Shown one piece after another: positions 49,814-59,968 of a stretch of DNA of 64,000 bases (the first letter of the stretch is position 1; the number at the start of each line of letters is the position of its first letter). A program made the position numbers and the translations under genes. This DNA is from an uncultured Pelosinus sp. (GTDB lineage Bacteria; Bacillota; Negativicutes; UMGS1260). The notes under the pieces were generated by a model. It was given only the letters and a program-made list of their open reading frames with translations. It was not told where the DNA came from and ran no database searches. Location: assembly GCA_900550105.1 (NCBI GenBank), contig URQW01000004.1, positions 9,575-73,574 of the forward strand, given 5' to 3'.

Positions 49814-50719
49814 CTAATATACCTCCAATAACGCAGAATAAGAAACGTCGAGTTTTTGTTTTTCCATCCAAGCTAAGTCTTTCGCCAGTGAGGGCGCGAC
49901 AAGTTCATCGACAATCCGATAGCCAGCATCACGTAAAAGCTGGCGAATTTCTTCGACCGTACGGAAATGGTAGAGATGGTCAATGGCCGGACTGTTGGCG
50001 CAAGTCGTCACAAAGAGACGGCTGCCCTCATGCATCAGTCTAGCTAAACCGCGCAAAATCGCTGTCGGGTCGGGCACATGTTCCAAGACCTCGCCCATCG
50101 TAATAAAATCATATTGTTTTCCTGGCTGAAAAGCCACGACATCGGCTAAGACGAGTGATAGCCGCTCTTTCGCTTCCGGCTGCAGGGCGGCAATAATCTC
50201 TGTCGTAATGGCTAGCGAGGTTTTACTAATATCGACAATGTCCATATGCGCAAAGCCCGGTCCTTCTGTCAGCATGGCCAAAGTGTAGAGGCCGTGGCCG
50301 CTGCCCACTTCAAGCACTTGCTGCTGCGGCGAAAGTTCTTGCAAAATGCGGCGGTAATGGCAAAAGATCTGATAATGGTGGGGCCAGAGAAACTGCGATA
50401 AGGCTAACCCAAGCATATACTGCTGCATAAGTTTAGGATTATCGTAGACCTTTTCTACCGCTTCTGCTTGAGACTGAGCCGGATAGCGGCCTGTCCGCAA
50501 AAACTCCATCCTGGCATGCATTGTTTGATTGAGCATATCCAAATAAGACTGGGCCAGTGCTGCAGGCGTAATGCCTTGGCGCGCCATAAAGACGCTGTAC
50601 TTGCTCAGAAAGCGGTCTAGTTCGCCTTCCATGGCTGGTTCTGCGGTAAAAGCGGCTTCAATTTTCTTTTGCTGTGTCGGCATTTGGGTAAATATATAAT
50701 CAAGGATTTCTTGTTTCAT
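49814..50719 (-). CDS. class I SAM-dependent methyltransferase
   Basis: LEVGSGHGLY motif I. 301 aa. Start may be the internal MPTQQ at 50683. Confidence 0.7.
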   Translation of the reverse strand: MKQEILDYIFTQMPTQQKKIEAAFTAEPAMEGELDRFLSKYSVFMARQGITPAALAQSYLDMLNQTMHARMEFLRTGRYPAQSQAEAVEKVYDNPKLMQQYMLGLALSQFLWPHHYQIFCHYRRILQELSPQQQVLEVGSGHGLYTLAMLTEGPGFAHMDIVDISKTSLAITTEIIAALQPEAKERLSLVLADVVAFQPGKQYDFITMGEVLEHVPDPTAILRGLARLMHEGSRLFVTTCANSPAIDHLYHFRTVEEIRQLLRDAGYRIVDELVAPSLAKDLAWMEKQKLDVSYSALLEVY

Positions 50720-52502
50720 GGTTCACCTCGATCCACTGATTTTGTTTCTCATAAACATCGGGAATGGTAAACTGCCAAAGCGTTTCGCCGTCAAGTCCTT
50801 CGCCTGCCGGAATAAATCCCAGTGATGCATAAAGGCTAGCAACCATGGCATTTTTCGCTGTTGGCCGATAGACGCCGCAAATGGTCTCAATCTGCCGTTT
50901 TTGGCAGAGCGCCACAAGTTCGTCAAAAAGGGCTTGCTCTAACGACCGCTTTAAGACGCGACAGCTCATAATCCAGAGCTCAAGCAAAAGTGTATTCGCT
51001 TCCTGGCGACCAATCAAAGCAGTTACCAGCCCATTATCGCCAAATTGATCGGCCAATCTTCCATAAAGAGTGACATAGTCTGACCGCTGCGAAAGAGCTT
51101 CTACTTCCGCAAAGGTATAACGGCGCGTCGTCAAATTAAACTGATTCGTTTTATTAATGAGCTGGGTCAGTCTTTCCCAATGCAACGGCGCAAAGGGCTT
51201 TATTTCGGCCTTCATCTTTAAAGACAGTAAAAACTCCTCATAGCTGGCAAAAGCAGCCGACTGTTCTTCCCGCTTTGCTTTCTCCTGATAAAAGCGCGCC
51301 CGCTGTAAATCATCGGCTGACAAGAGGGCCGGCTCAAAATAGCCGCTGCGGCTAAGCTGCGACACATAGTAGGCTACATCAGAGCCAATATCCGGCACAG
51401 AGACAAGAGGTAGCTGCTGCGCCACAATCTGCCGTTCCGCCGGATTATCATCAAAAAAGACGAAGCTGTCTAGGCCCAGCTGCAGCGTTGTCGCCATTGC
51501 CTGCAGATTATCTGATTTAGCCTGCCAATTGGCCGTAAAGTTAGCAAAGTCACTCAGGCTCAAGACGCTACTCGGATGCGTGAAGCCTTCCTTAGCAATG
51601 TGGGGCTCATTTTTCGAACAAACCGCTAAAACAACGCCGCGCTGTCCAAGCTCTTTTACATAGCGCTGCAAAGCGCTATGGGCTTCGCCAGATGGCGTTT
51701 CCGGTCCCAGTTCAATGTGATCTAGACCATCATCGCCGATGGTCCCGCCCCACAAAGTATTATCAAGATCAAGAACGAGACACTTCTTGCTCTTGCCATA
51801 AAGCGCCAAAATCATGATAGAAAGATTCGCCGCGATCTCGACAAGCCCTTCCATTCCCATGGCATATTTATAGGCATACCAAAGTTTTTCATCATGCCAA
51901 TGTTTTAGCCCGATTGTGCTGGCCAGTGTATGCAAATCCTGCACGAAAAAATGCGCTGTCTGCTGTGCATAGTCGGCGAGGCGCTGATTTAACTCGCGCA
52001 CAAAGCGAGTATGACCGCGCCAGTCAGACTGGTCTAGATTGCCAAGCAGGCGATAAGGCGGCAGTTCCCAGTTGTTCTGAATCACTGTGCAGCCATAAGC
52101 GGCGGCTGTCTTTTCCCAGATTCGTTTATGGTGCTGAAACTGAAGCGCTAATTTCTCTTCTGCACTGGCTTTTGTATCGGTCATAGCAGGCCAGTAGCGA
52201 ATGTTGCGGACTGATGTATGAAAATAGAGCAAATCGGGGGCAAAATCCTTTAACTTTGGATTGTCAAAAAGTATATCTTCTTCATATTGATTATAATCAC
52301 TTTCATAAAAAACTGGCTTGATCCCCTGACTCATCAGAAAAACAGCCATAAGGTCAGCTAACTGGGCTGTGGTCGAACCTCCCAGAATAGCGATTTTCAG
52401 CGACAACGAGTAGTTTTTTTGATCAAGCTGTTTTTTCCAGCTCCGGTAGTGCTTTAGCACCGTCTGATACTGGAAGGAATATGGATTTGCCATGCTTTCC
52501 AC
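50700..52502 (-). CDS. FkbH-like HAD-IIIC family enzyme (N-terminal domain, HAD phosphatase core, C-terminal Cys-containing acyltransferase-like domain)
   Basis: 600 aa. HAD motif I LVLDLDNTLWGG. C-terminal MSCRVLKR Cys block. Located next to the carrier-protein gene. Confidence 0.65.
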   Translation of the reverse strand: MESMANPYSFQYQTVLKHYRSWKKQLDQKNYSLSLKIAILGGSTTAQLADLMAVFLMSQGIKPVFYESDYNQYEEDILFDNPKLKDFAPDLLYFHTSVRNIRYWPAMTDTKASAEEKLALQFQHHKRIWEKTAAAYGCTVIQNNWELPPYRLLGNLDQSDWRGHTRFVRELNQRLADYAQQTAHFFVQDLHTLASTIGLKHWHDEKLWYAYKYAMGMEGLVEIAANLSIMILALYGKSKKCLVLDLDNTLWGGTIGDDGLDHIELGPETPSGEAHSALQRYVKELGQRGVVLAVCSKNEPHIAKEGFTHPSSVLSLSDFANFTANWQAKSDNLQAMATTLQLGLDSFVFFDDNPAERQIVAQQLPLVSVPDIGSDVAYYVSQLSRSGYFEPALLSADDLQRARFYQEKAKREEQSAAFASYEEFLLSLKMKAEIKPFAPLHWERLTQLINKTNQFNLTTRRYTFAEVEALSQRSDYVTLYGRLADQFGDNGLVTALIGRQEANTLLLELWIMSCRVLKRSLEQALFDELVALCQKRQIETICGVYRPTAKNAMVASLYASLGFIPAGEGLDGETLWQFTIPDVYEKQNQWIEVNHETRNP

Positions 52503-52507
52503 TGCCT

Positions 52508-54043
52508 TTATCCCTCCTTGTCGCGAACTACGCCAATCCCACTGATCCGTTCGACAAAGTATTCATTGTCAAGTAAATTTCGATTCCAGCAGATCAGGCT
52601 GTTACGATCCCAGATAAAAGAATCTTCTGGCGTAAATTGATCATATTGGATATGCCAGCCCTTCCCTTCTTTTTCAGCTGGCAAAAAGCGACCTTTTCGA
52701 TCAGCAAAGATTTTTTTCCGCGCCTGTTCCGGGCTGCGAAGCGGATAGTGACGCAGCAAAAATTTAATCGGATAAACTTTTTGATCGGCAAATTCGGCAA
52801 TATGACCGCCGCTTGCGGCAAGATTTACCGCTACGCCAGATTGGTTCTTCCAAGCTTTCACCTGAGCAAAATGGCCTGGCCGCTTGCCAAATTCAAAAAA
52901 GAGTAAATTATTCTGCATCCCGCCGGGTCTGTCAGACTGCGGCGCAACTGGACGAAAATCAAGTACGGTAAAATCAATTGCATTAAAGCCTAATTCATCA
53001 ATAAAAGCAATCGCTGCGCCTAAGGTAACCCCTTTCCAGGGCGATTCGCGGATTTCGTCAGCGTCTTGATGAATAATCCAATCATAGCCGCTGGCAGCGC
53101 CAACCTCTACGGTATGCTTAAGCAGACGTTCCCATTCATAGTACTGACCTGGCTGCTCAGGAAAACGGCAGGAAAAAACCCGCCCCGGATAGGCCGCTTC
53201 CAGCGACTGAATGGCTTCGTAGGTACCATCATTAGACCAGTTATCAACAACTTGGACATCCACATCTTGTCGTAAAAGATGCTCTACGACTTCGCCGATC
53301 ATGTCAACTTCATTATAAGCGTTTACGACTGCCAGAACTCGACAAGGTTTCGTTGCTGGCTGGTAAAGATGAGTCCCCGTCAGTGCCAGGATTGTATTTT
53401 TTTGTAGGTGATAGCTTGTATTAATCGTATGTCCCAACATAAAAGGGGCAAAGTCATAGCGGCGGAGCAGCAAATCAAATTCATCAGCTGTCCATTCCCT
53501 GACGTGACAACGATTCGCTGGCGGACCAAAGTCGCCAAGGCCACGGCATTTCACTCGGTCTGGCGTCGAGATTAAAATATAAGGGCATTGGTGACTGAGT
53601 GAACTGAGACTCGCTAGCAACTTATGGGGATTCACTAAATGTTCCACTACATCGGATATGATAATCAGCGTTTTCGCTAGCGCCACTGGCGGCAGGGATG
53701 GCAGCCCTTCTTCGAGATTCGCCTCAACAAAATGCATACTAGGTAGATTTTTCCGGATAATTTCTTGATTCCCGCCATAATCGATGCAAATCAGCTGATA
53801 GTCGTCACTGAAGGGTTTCAGCTTGATACCATTGCCGCTGCCAATATCAATAATGGTTTCAATCTGCGACCGTTTTGCCAGATAACGGGCCAGTTCGTAG
53901 ACATCAGGCTGGTAAATAAACTGATCGGCCACATCCAGATAATATTCGGTCTCGCGATTTATCGCATAGCCTTCTTTCAGGCAGAATCGATCTTCTTCTA
54001 TATTGTCGCTTGCCCTTTTGGCAAAAAAATCAAAGAAGCCCAT
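52508..54043 (-). CDS. bifunctional class I SAM methyltransferase / family 2 glycosyltransferase
   Basis: N-terminal IIDIGSGNG MTase motif. C-terminal GT-A region (VVNAYNE...VVDNWSNDGT). Confidence 0.6.
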   Translation of the reverse strand: MGFFDFFAKRASDNIEEDRFCLKEGYAINRETEYYLDVADQFIYQPDVYELARYLAKRSQIETIIDIGSGNGIKLKPFSDDYQLICIDYGGNQEIIRKNLPSMHFVEANLEEGLPSLPPVALAKTLIIISDVVEHLVNPHKLLASLSSLSHQCPYILISTPDRVKCRGLGDFGPPANRCHVREWTADEFDLLLRRYDFAPFMLGHTINTSYHLQKNTILALTGTHLYQPATKPCRVLAVVNAYNEVDMIGEVVEHLLRQDVDVQVVDNWSNDGTYEAIQSLEAAYPGRVFSCRFPEQPGQYYEWERLLKHTVEVGAASGYDWIIHQDADEIRESPWKGVTLGAAIAFIDELGFNAIDFTVLDFRPVAPQSDRPGGMQNNLLFFEFGKRPGHFAQVKAWKNQSGVAVNLAASGGHIAEFADQKVYPIKFLLRHYPLRSPEQARKKIFADRKGRFLPAEKEGKGWHIQYDQFTPEDSFIWDRNSLICWNRNLLDNEYFVERISGIGVVRDKEG

Positions 54044-54045
54044 AG

Positions 54046-55419
54046 TTAGTCCTCCGTCTCTTGCTGTTGCTCAATAAAATCAATCTGCGCATCTGTCACT
54101 ATAACGGCGCCATGCTGTCGACCGAAACGGTCTTGTCTATTTACTTTAAGAGAAAAACAGTCACTCACATGATGAACCACTGTATGATCCTCCATAGTTC
54201 CTTCATCAAGTCCAATACTGATAAAGTAGGTTCCAGGCCTTAGTCCTGGCAGCTTTAAGCAGTAGCGAATACAAAACGGCTCCGTCGACTCATGCAGGCA
54301 CTGTACCTGCGTCAAGGCCGTATCGCTATTAAAATGAACAAGTGGCACACCTTTATCATTAAAGATGCCAAACCCAAAGAGCGGCTGATAAACTGGCTTT
54401 TGTACAGCAACTCTGGTATAGAGAGTCAATAGCTCATCACCTTGTAGATCCTGGCTGTCTTTCCCTTCCGGCAGAACCAGCGCCGCTGCGATAAAGCGCG
54501 TTGCTTCGCCGCCCAAAGCGGCAAAGGGAGAAAGGTCCAGCCAGTTTAAGCCTGTTTCTTTAGAAGTATCACTACAGTCGCCGGTCATAGCGCTCCCTGC
54601 TTCTCGCTGAGCTTCGCCGTTGCTTTCGCCTGTTACGGTTATTTCTTCTCGTTCACACGGTTCGGCTTTTTCTTCCGGCAATATGCCATGAATCATGAAA
54701 TCCTCATAAAGTCTGGCTACTTTTTTCGGTTCGCCGCTTTGAAACAAGCGTCCGTCAGCCAGCCAAATGACGCGATTGCAAAAGGTGCGGACAGAGCGCA
54801 TGTCATGAGAAACAAACAAAATAGCTTTTGCTTTCGCCATAAGTTCTTTCATCTTGCGAATCGCCTTTTGCTGAAACCGCAAGTCACCAACAGCTAGTGC
54901 TTCATCAATAATCAGAATTTCCGGCTCTACAGCAATAGCTACAGCAAAAGCCAGCCGGACGAACATCCCGCTGGAATAGGTTTTTACAGGTTGTTCAATA
55001 AATTGGCCAATATCGGCGAATTCCAAAATGGCATCAACCTTGCTGTCCATTTCTTCTTTCGTATAGCCCATAATCGTGCCATGAAAATAAATATTTTCCC
55101 GTCCCGTAAATTCTGGGTTAAAACCGGCTCCCAGTTCAAGCAGCGCTGATACGCGGCCTGTCATGTCAATTTGTCCGCTCGTGGGCGTCAAAACGCCTGT
55201 AAGCATTTTTAAAAGAGTTGATTTACCTGATCCATTGCGACCGATGATGCCTACCATTTCGCCTTTACGGATCGAAAAGGAGAGATCCTTTACAGCGAAA
55301 AATTCCTGATGGTACTGGCGTCCCAAGGGATGAAGCGACTCTTTTAGACGGTCAACTGGCTTATTATAGATTTTATAAGCTTTTGATAAATTTTTTACAT
55401 CAATTACGACTTCATTCAT
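54046..55419 (-). CDS. wzt: polysaccharide ABC exporter ATP-binding protein (Wzt/TagH type) with C-terminal carbohydrate-binding extension
   Basis: N-terminal NBD (GRNGSGKSTLLK, SSGMFVRLAFA, IIDEALAVGD) plus ~200-aa C-terminal beta domain. Confidence 0.8.
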   Translation of the reverse strand: MNEVVIDVKNLSKAYKIYNKPVDRLKESLHPLGRQYHQEFFAVKDLSFSIRKGEMVGIIGRNGSGKSTLLKMLTGVLTPTSGQIDMTGRVSALLELGAGFNPEFTGRENIYFHGTIMGYTKEEMDSKVDAILEFADIGQFIEQPVKTYSSGMFVRLAFAVAIAVEPEILIIDEALAVGDLRFQQKAIRKMKELMAKAKAILFVSHDMRSVRTFCNRVIWLADGRLFQSGEPKKVARLYEDFMIHGILPEEKAEPCEREEITVTGESNGEAQREAGSAMTGDCSDTSKETGLNWLDLSPFAALGGEATRFIAAALVLPEGKDSQDLQGDELLTLYTRVAVQKPVYQPLFGFGIFNDKGVPLVHFNSDTALTQVQCLHESTEPFCIRYCLKLPGLRPGTYFISIGLDEGTMEDHTVVHHVSDCFSLKVNRQDRFGRQHGAVIVTDAQIDFIEQQQETED

Positions 55420-55422
55420 AAC

Positions 55423-56271
55423 TTAGCGTCTCCTCCAGGTCCAAAGACCAATCCAGCGGGATGTAATGCATAGGCGACTATAAGTCCGTTTAACGGAATC
55501 GCCGCTCACTAAGGCCTGTAAAAAACGCAGTGAGTGATAGCAAAGAGCGGCTGTAAATAGTCCAAAAATCGGCAAACTCCAATTTTTCCGGCAGAAACCG
55601 CCAAAACCAAGACCGTAGGAAAAGGCTTTCGCCGCAGCATCAGGTGCGCCTGGCGGATGATATACCGTAATCGACGGAACAAAAAACACTGCTTTTTGCG
55701 CTTTTAGCATTTGATAAATATAGTCAGCATCTTCGGCCGCGCCAAAATGAGCGCCAGCCCCAAGTTGCTCACAAAAAAACTGTTCGCTGTTCACTTCGCG
55801 CTTCACAAATAAGCCCACGGAAGAAAACTTCGTATAAAAGTTCATGGTATGCAATTGAATCGGTTCTGTGGGCCACTGTCTGATAGAAGCGGCGCCGTCA
55901 GCCGTCTTCACTGCGCCAATAATAGCAGAAGCCTTGTCGTATTGAGCAAAAGCGGCGACGACGTTCCTAAGGGTCTGTGGATCATATTCACAATCATCAT
56001 CAGGAAAGCCTACAATCCGTCCGCTGCAAAGAGCTAATCCCTGATTACGGGCAAGTGAAAGTCCTCTTGTCGCCAACCTGATATACTGGATTGTCAGCCT
56101 CTCATGATACGGTATCAGCCGCTCTTGCAGTGCATCTGTTTCATTTTGGTCGACAATAATAAGCTCGACAGTTGCCAAGTCAAACTGGGATTTTAATAGA
56201 CTTTGAATAAACAACTCCGGTTCTTCTAGTCGTCCCACTGTTGCCATCACTAAGGAAATTTCCTTGTTCAT
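55423..56271 (-). CDS. glycosyltransferase family 2
   Basis: 282 aa. GT-A fold motifs (IVDQNETD, FPDDDC). Confidence 0.65.
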   Translation of the reverse strand: MNKEISLVMATVGRLEEPELFIQSLLKSQFDLATVELIIVDQNETDALQERLIPYHERLTIQYIRLATRGLSLARNQGLALCSGRIVGFPDDDCEYDPQTLRNVVAAFAQYDKASAIIGAVKTADGAASIRQWPTEPIQLHTMNFYTKFSSVGLFVKREVNSEQFFCEQLGAGAHFGAAEDADYIYQMLKAQKAVFFVPSITVYHPPGAPDAAAKAFSYGLGFGGFCRKNWSLPIFGLFTAALCYHSLRFLQALVSGDSVKRTYSRLCITSRWIGLWTWRRR

Positions 56272-59000
56272 CCTTTTCGTCCCTGCACCAATTCTTGTAC
56301 TTTACGGCGAATTTCTCTTTCAGACTGTCCCTTTAAACCCATAAATCCATAAACGTATTCGTCCTGAATAATGAGCTGATTCCTCTCGTAAAAATGCAGG
56401 AGCGACTGAACAAAACCATCTTGCTTATACCGTGCTTGCATGTACTCTGTTTCTGTCTGAGCTTGCTTGGGATGATACATAATATGATGATGCACCACTT
56501 TGGCAGTGGGACAATTTACCATCGTTTTGCCTAGCCCTTTGATCTGCAGTGAAATATCGTTGTCTTCAAAGGCATTGACATAACCTGACGAGTAATCAAG
56601 CTCGTCAATGACCGAACGCTTAAACAAAGTCGCCCCGCCCGGAACCCAGCCGCACTCATGCCATAAGGCAGTTTCAAGCTCAGTTTCGTCTTTGCCTGTA
56701 TCAATCAATGAATAGATAACGAAATCATCCTGAATCGCAAGCGCACCGCCATTAAACTGCAGCTTGCCGTCTGGAAATACCGTTTTGCAGCAGACAGCGC
56801 CAATAGCTACATCAGATTCAGCCCGCACTAAAAGTTCTTCTACACAATGAGGCGTTACGAAGACATCATTGTCTAGCTGAATAATATAGTCACCATTGGC
56901 TAATTTCACAGCTTCCCGCCGACCGCCCGGACAGCCTAGATTTTGCGGCGAATAATGGACATGGACCTGTGCTTTCGTTTCAACATGCAGGCGCAAAAAC
57001 TCTTTCGTTGCTTCGCTTGAAGCATTATCAAAAATAATAATTTCGTAAGGCGCCTTTACAGTTCGTTCGATTGCTTCGACGCACTCTAATGTCATTTCCT
57101 TTTTCTCAAAGGAAAGAACCACAAAAGATATGAGTTTATCAAAAGTTCCTGTAGCGATTGCCTGACGCAATTTTGCTTCCCGTCGAATAGCTGCCACGAT
57201 TTTTTCGATTCGTGCTGCCGCTTCCTGGGTCGTCTGCTTGGCATGAATCCGGTGATGATAAACAGGCTCCGGCAAATAGCAAAAGGCCTTGTCGCCAAGA
57301 TGAAAAGCCGTTTTAAGGGCTATATCGTAATCCTGGGCCCCGTCAAAGCGACTTTCATGAAGACCAATTGTCAGGAAAACATCGCGATGAATGATTTTCA
57401 AATGGCTTGTATACATCCCAACAAGAAGTTCTTTAAAATATCTTTCTGTGGGGCGGCAGCGAAAGCTTTCTATCTCAGCCTGTTTTGTCGCCTCAAATTC
57501 ATTCACACGATCTGTATAGCCATACACAGCCGCTTCCGACTGATCGAGAGCTTGTACCAATTTGGCTACAGCCTGCTCATCAAGCCAGTCATCACAATCA
57601 AGAAAAGCAATCCACTGCCCTTTGGCGGCAATAATCGCTTCATTCATCGTAGCGCTGATGCCACTGTTTGCGGCTTTTTTAAACCAGCGAAAGCGAGGAT
57701 TTCCCTCAAAAGACCGCAAAATGTCATAGACAGCGGCGTCAGTTGAGCAGTCATCAACAGCTAGTACTTCTAAATTTTCATAGCTTTGTGCTAAAGCGCT
57801 TTCGATACAGCGTTGTAAGTATTCGGCGTTATTGTAAACCGGAATAGTGACCGTAACAAGAGCCTGCTTTTCCCGATGATAAAGCAAACGTTTCGTCTGG
57901 TCAGGGAGGTCACCTTGACTATCTAGTTCCCGTGAAAGACGCTCGCGGCTTTTTGTAAATAATGAAGCAATTTCACCGCGCAATAATTTCTTGCCCGCCT
58001 TCTTTGCATTGTCCAAGGTCAGTAAGGAGCTGAGTCGCAATAGCGGAATCCGTTTTGCAGCCTGCTCGAAAGTAAAATCACCTGTAAAGAGTTTGCCAAG
58101 TCGCACAAGCCGTCGATATTTATCAAGGCTCGCAAGTCTCGCATCAAGCTGAGTACCCCAGGCTGCAAGTTCTTCAATGCGGGCTTCTTTCTCGCGAATC
58201 ACTGCATCGAGTGAATTGCCCCAAGCTAATAATTCCGGGACACGCTGGCTATTGGCATAAATATCCTGAAACGATTCATAGCCTTTTAGATACTGAGAGG
58301 CATAACAATAAGGTTTGGTTTTGCCATGAACATAATTTTGAAACCCTTGTTCCATTCTATTAAAAGCAGCTAGCTGAGCATGATCCATCTGGAGCTGATC
58401 ATAAATTTCATCAAGAGTCATAAAGCCAGAAAAATAGTCTCGATATTTATGATAGAACACTTCCAGACTGCGATACAAAATAAAGTTAATAGGCATATTG
58501 GGAAAAACCCATTCATAGTCAATGATTGTTGGCAAATCGTTGTCTGACCAAAACACATTCTCAAAAATCAGGTCTATGTCTGCTGTTTCAAGACAGGGGA
58601 CTGCCTCAAGAGTGACCTTTGAATCAAAGGGATTGATGACATCTAGGGTCTTTAAGGGACTTAGGCTCGCAAGCCAAGACCGATACTGGTTTAATAGCTG
58701 CCAAAAAGCAGTTTTATCTTTTTGCCGCAGCGTTTTTGCTAATTCACTATCAAAGGAAAGTCCCTGCACATATTCAAAGAAAATCGCCTGATTTTTCAGC
58801 TCGGCAGTAGCAATTTTGACATTTTGATAGGTCAAGTTCAATTGCTGATAATTTGTATAAAGAGTCTGTATATGCTCTTTTGCCTGCTCACAAAGCGCTT
58901 TTTTTCGCACATGTTTCATGCCATTTTCTTCACACACAGCCGTTTCGGTCTGAAACTTTGGCAATCGTTCTCGGTTATATTTCGCATATAGTATTCGCAT
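56268..59000 (-). CDS. multidomain glycan polymerase-like protein: N-terminal domain of unknown function, coiled-coil segment, two tandem GT2 domains
   Basis: 910 aa. Heptad-like region (EKEARIEELAAWGTQLDARLASLDKYRRL). Two GT-A modules (VTIPVYNNAEYL...AVDDCSTD and FVVLSFEKK...IIIFDNASSE). Confidence 0.6.
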   Translation of the reverse strand: MRILYAKYNRERLPKFQTETAVCEENGMKHVRKKALCEQAKEHIQTLYTNYQQLNLTYQNVKIATAELKNQAIFFEYVQGLSFDSELAKTLRQKDKTAFWQLLNQYRSWLASLSPLKTLDVINPFDSKVTLEAVPCLETADIDLIFENVFWSDNDLPTIIDYEWVFPNMPINFILYRSLEVFYHKYRDYFSGFMTLDEIYDQLQMDHAQLAAFNRMEQGFQNYVHGKTKPYCYASQYLKGYESFQDIYANSQRVPELLAWGNSLDAVIREKEARIEELAAWGTQLDARLASLDKYRRLVRLGKLFTGDFTFEQAAKRIPLLRLSSLLTLDNAKKAGKKLLRGEIASLFTKSRERLSRELDSQGDLPDQTKRLLYHREKQALVTVTIPVYNNAEYLQRCIESALAQSYENLEVLAVDDCSTDAAVYDILRSFEGNPRFRWFKKAANSGISATMNEAIIAAKGQWIAFLDCDDWLDEQAVAKLVQALDQSEAAVYGYTDRVNEFEATKQAEIESFRCRPTERYFKELLVGMYTSHLKIIHRDVFLTIGLHESRFDGAQDYDIALKTAFHLGDKAFCYLPEPVYHHRIHAKQTTQEAAARIEKIVAAIRREAKLRQAIATGTFDKLISFVVLSFEKKEMTLECVEAIERTVKAPYEIIIFDNASSEATKEFLRLHVETKAQVHVHYSPQNLGCPGGRREAVKLANGDYIIQLDNDVFVTPHCVEELLVRAESDVAIGAVCCKTVFPDGKLQFNGGALAIQDDFVIYSLIDTGKDETELETALWHECGWVPGGATLFKRSVIDELDYSSGYVNAFEDNDISLQIKGLGKTMVNCPTAKVVHHHIMYHPKQAQTETEYMQARYKQDGFVQSLLHFYERNQLIIQDEYVYGFMGLKGQSEREIRRKVQELVQGRKG

Positions 59001-59009
59001 TTTATTCTC

Positions 59010-59936
59010 CTATTGTGCAAAAATCAGAAATGAGTTGGCAAAGAACTCAAACTGGTTATTTTCTATCAGGCCGTCGTAAACGAGATCTTCGCGAAACAAA
59101 GCAATCCGGTCTTGATCATAATTAGGAGTCATGGCGTCAAGCTGTCCGACTTTGGGCAGTTGGGCCTGCGAGTACACTTCTTTAGGCAGTTTATAGTCTG
59201 GCACTGGATAGTAATAATCTATATTAGTAAACCCAGCCTGCTGCAATAACGCTTGAAGCTCAGGTCGCCCAAAGGTCGCAATTCCCTGCGATGTAGGATA
59301 CCCTTCCACCCCTTCGAAAGGCTTACCAGTATGGTCTTCCGCTGCTCCGGCCCAATATTTAAGGCCAAATTTATTTTCAATAGCTAAAATAAGTTTACCC
59401 TGGGGCTTCAACATTTTTCTTACAGTTACCAAAAAATCTAAATAGGGCTGACGAGACGGCGTAAATTTACCAGCATACTCTAGTACGCCAATCAGTGTAA
59501 TATAATCAAATTGCTCTGTAAAATTTATTTTTTGCAGATCTCCTACTAAGATCGTCAGATTCTTGCACTGTTGATGACGCTGCGCTGTAATTTCTGCTCT
59601 TGTCTTGGAAAGTTCGACCGCAACAACATCCTTCACTTTTTCACAGAAAAGACCAGTCAAAGCCCCACAGCCTGCACCGATTTCCAAAAGCTTCGCCTCA
59701 GGCGAAAAGTCATACCATTCTAATAAGTTGCGCCTAGCTGGGCTAAAGTGACACAGGAAAGGCCAGTCTCGTTTTTGTCCAAGCACGTGGGTCCAATCCG
59801 GTGATTCTTTGGCAAGTCGAAGCATTTCTTGCTCGACAAGGCCGTCACTGTAAAGATCAAATCCTTCATAGGCTCTATAATCCATAACAACCTGCCCGAT
59901 TTTTTGACAGGCTGGTTCGTTTGTGTGCGTTTTCAT
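59010..59936 (-). CDS. class I SAM-dependent methyltransferase
   Basis: LEIGAGCGALTG motif I. 308 aa. Confidence 0.7.
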   Translation of the reverse strand: MKTHTNEPACQKIGQVVMDYRAYEGFDLYSDGLVEQEMLRLAKESPDWTHVLGQKRDWPFLCHFSPARRNLLEWYDFSPEAKLLEIGAGCGALTGLFCEKVKDVVAVELSKTRAEITAQRHQQCKNLTILVGDLQKINFTEQFDYITLIGVLEYAGKFTPSRQPYLDFLVTVRKMLKPQGKLILAIENKFGLKYWAGAAEDHTGKPFEGVEGYPTSQGIATFGRPELQALLQQAGFTNIDYYYPVPDYKLPKEVYSQAQLPKVGQLDAMTPNYDQDRIALFREDLVYDGLIENNQFEFFANSFLIFAQ

Positions 59937-59968
59937 GAGTGCCTTCCTATCTATCCCTAGAGATATTT

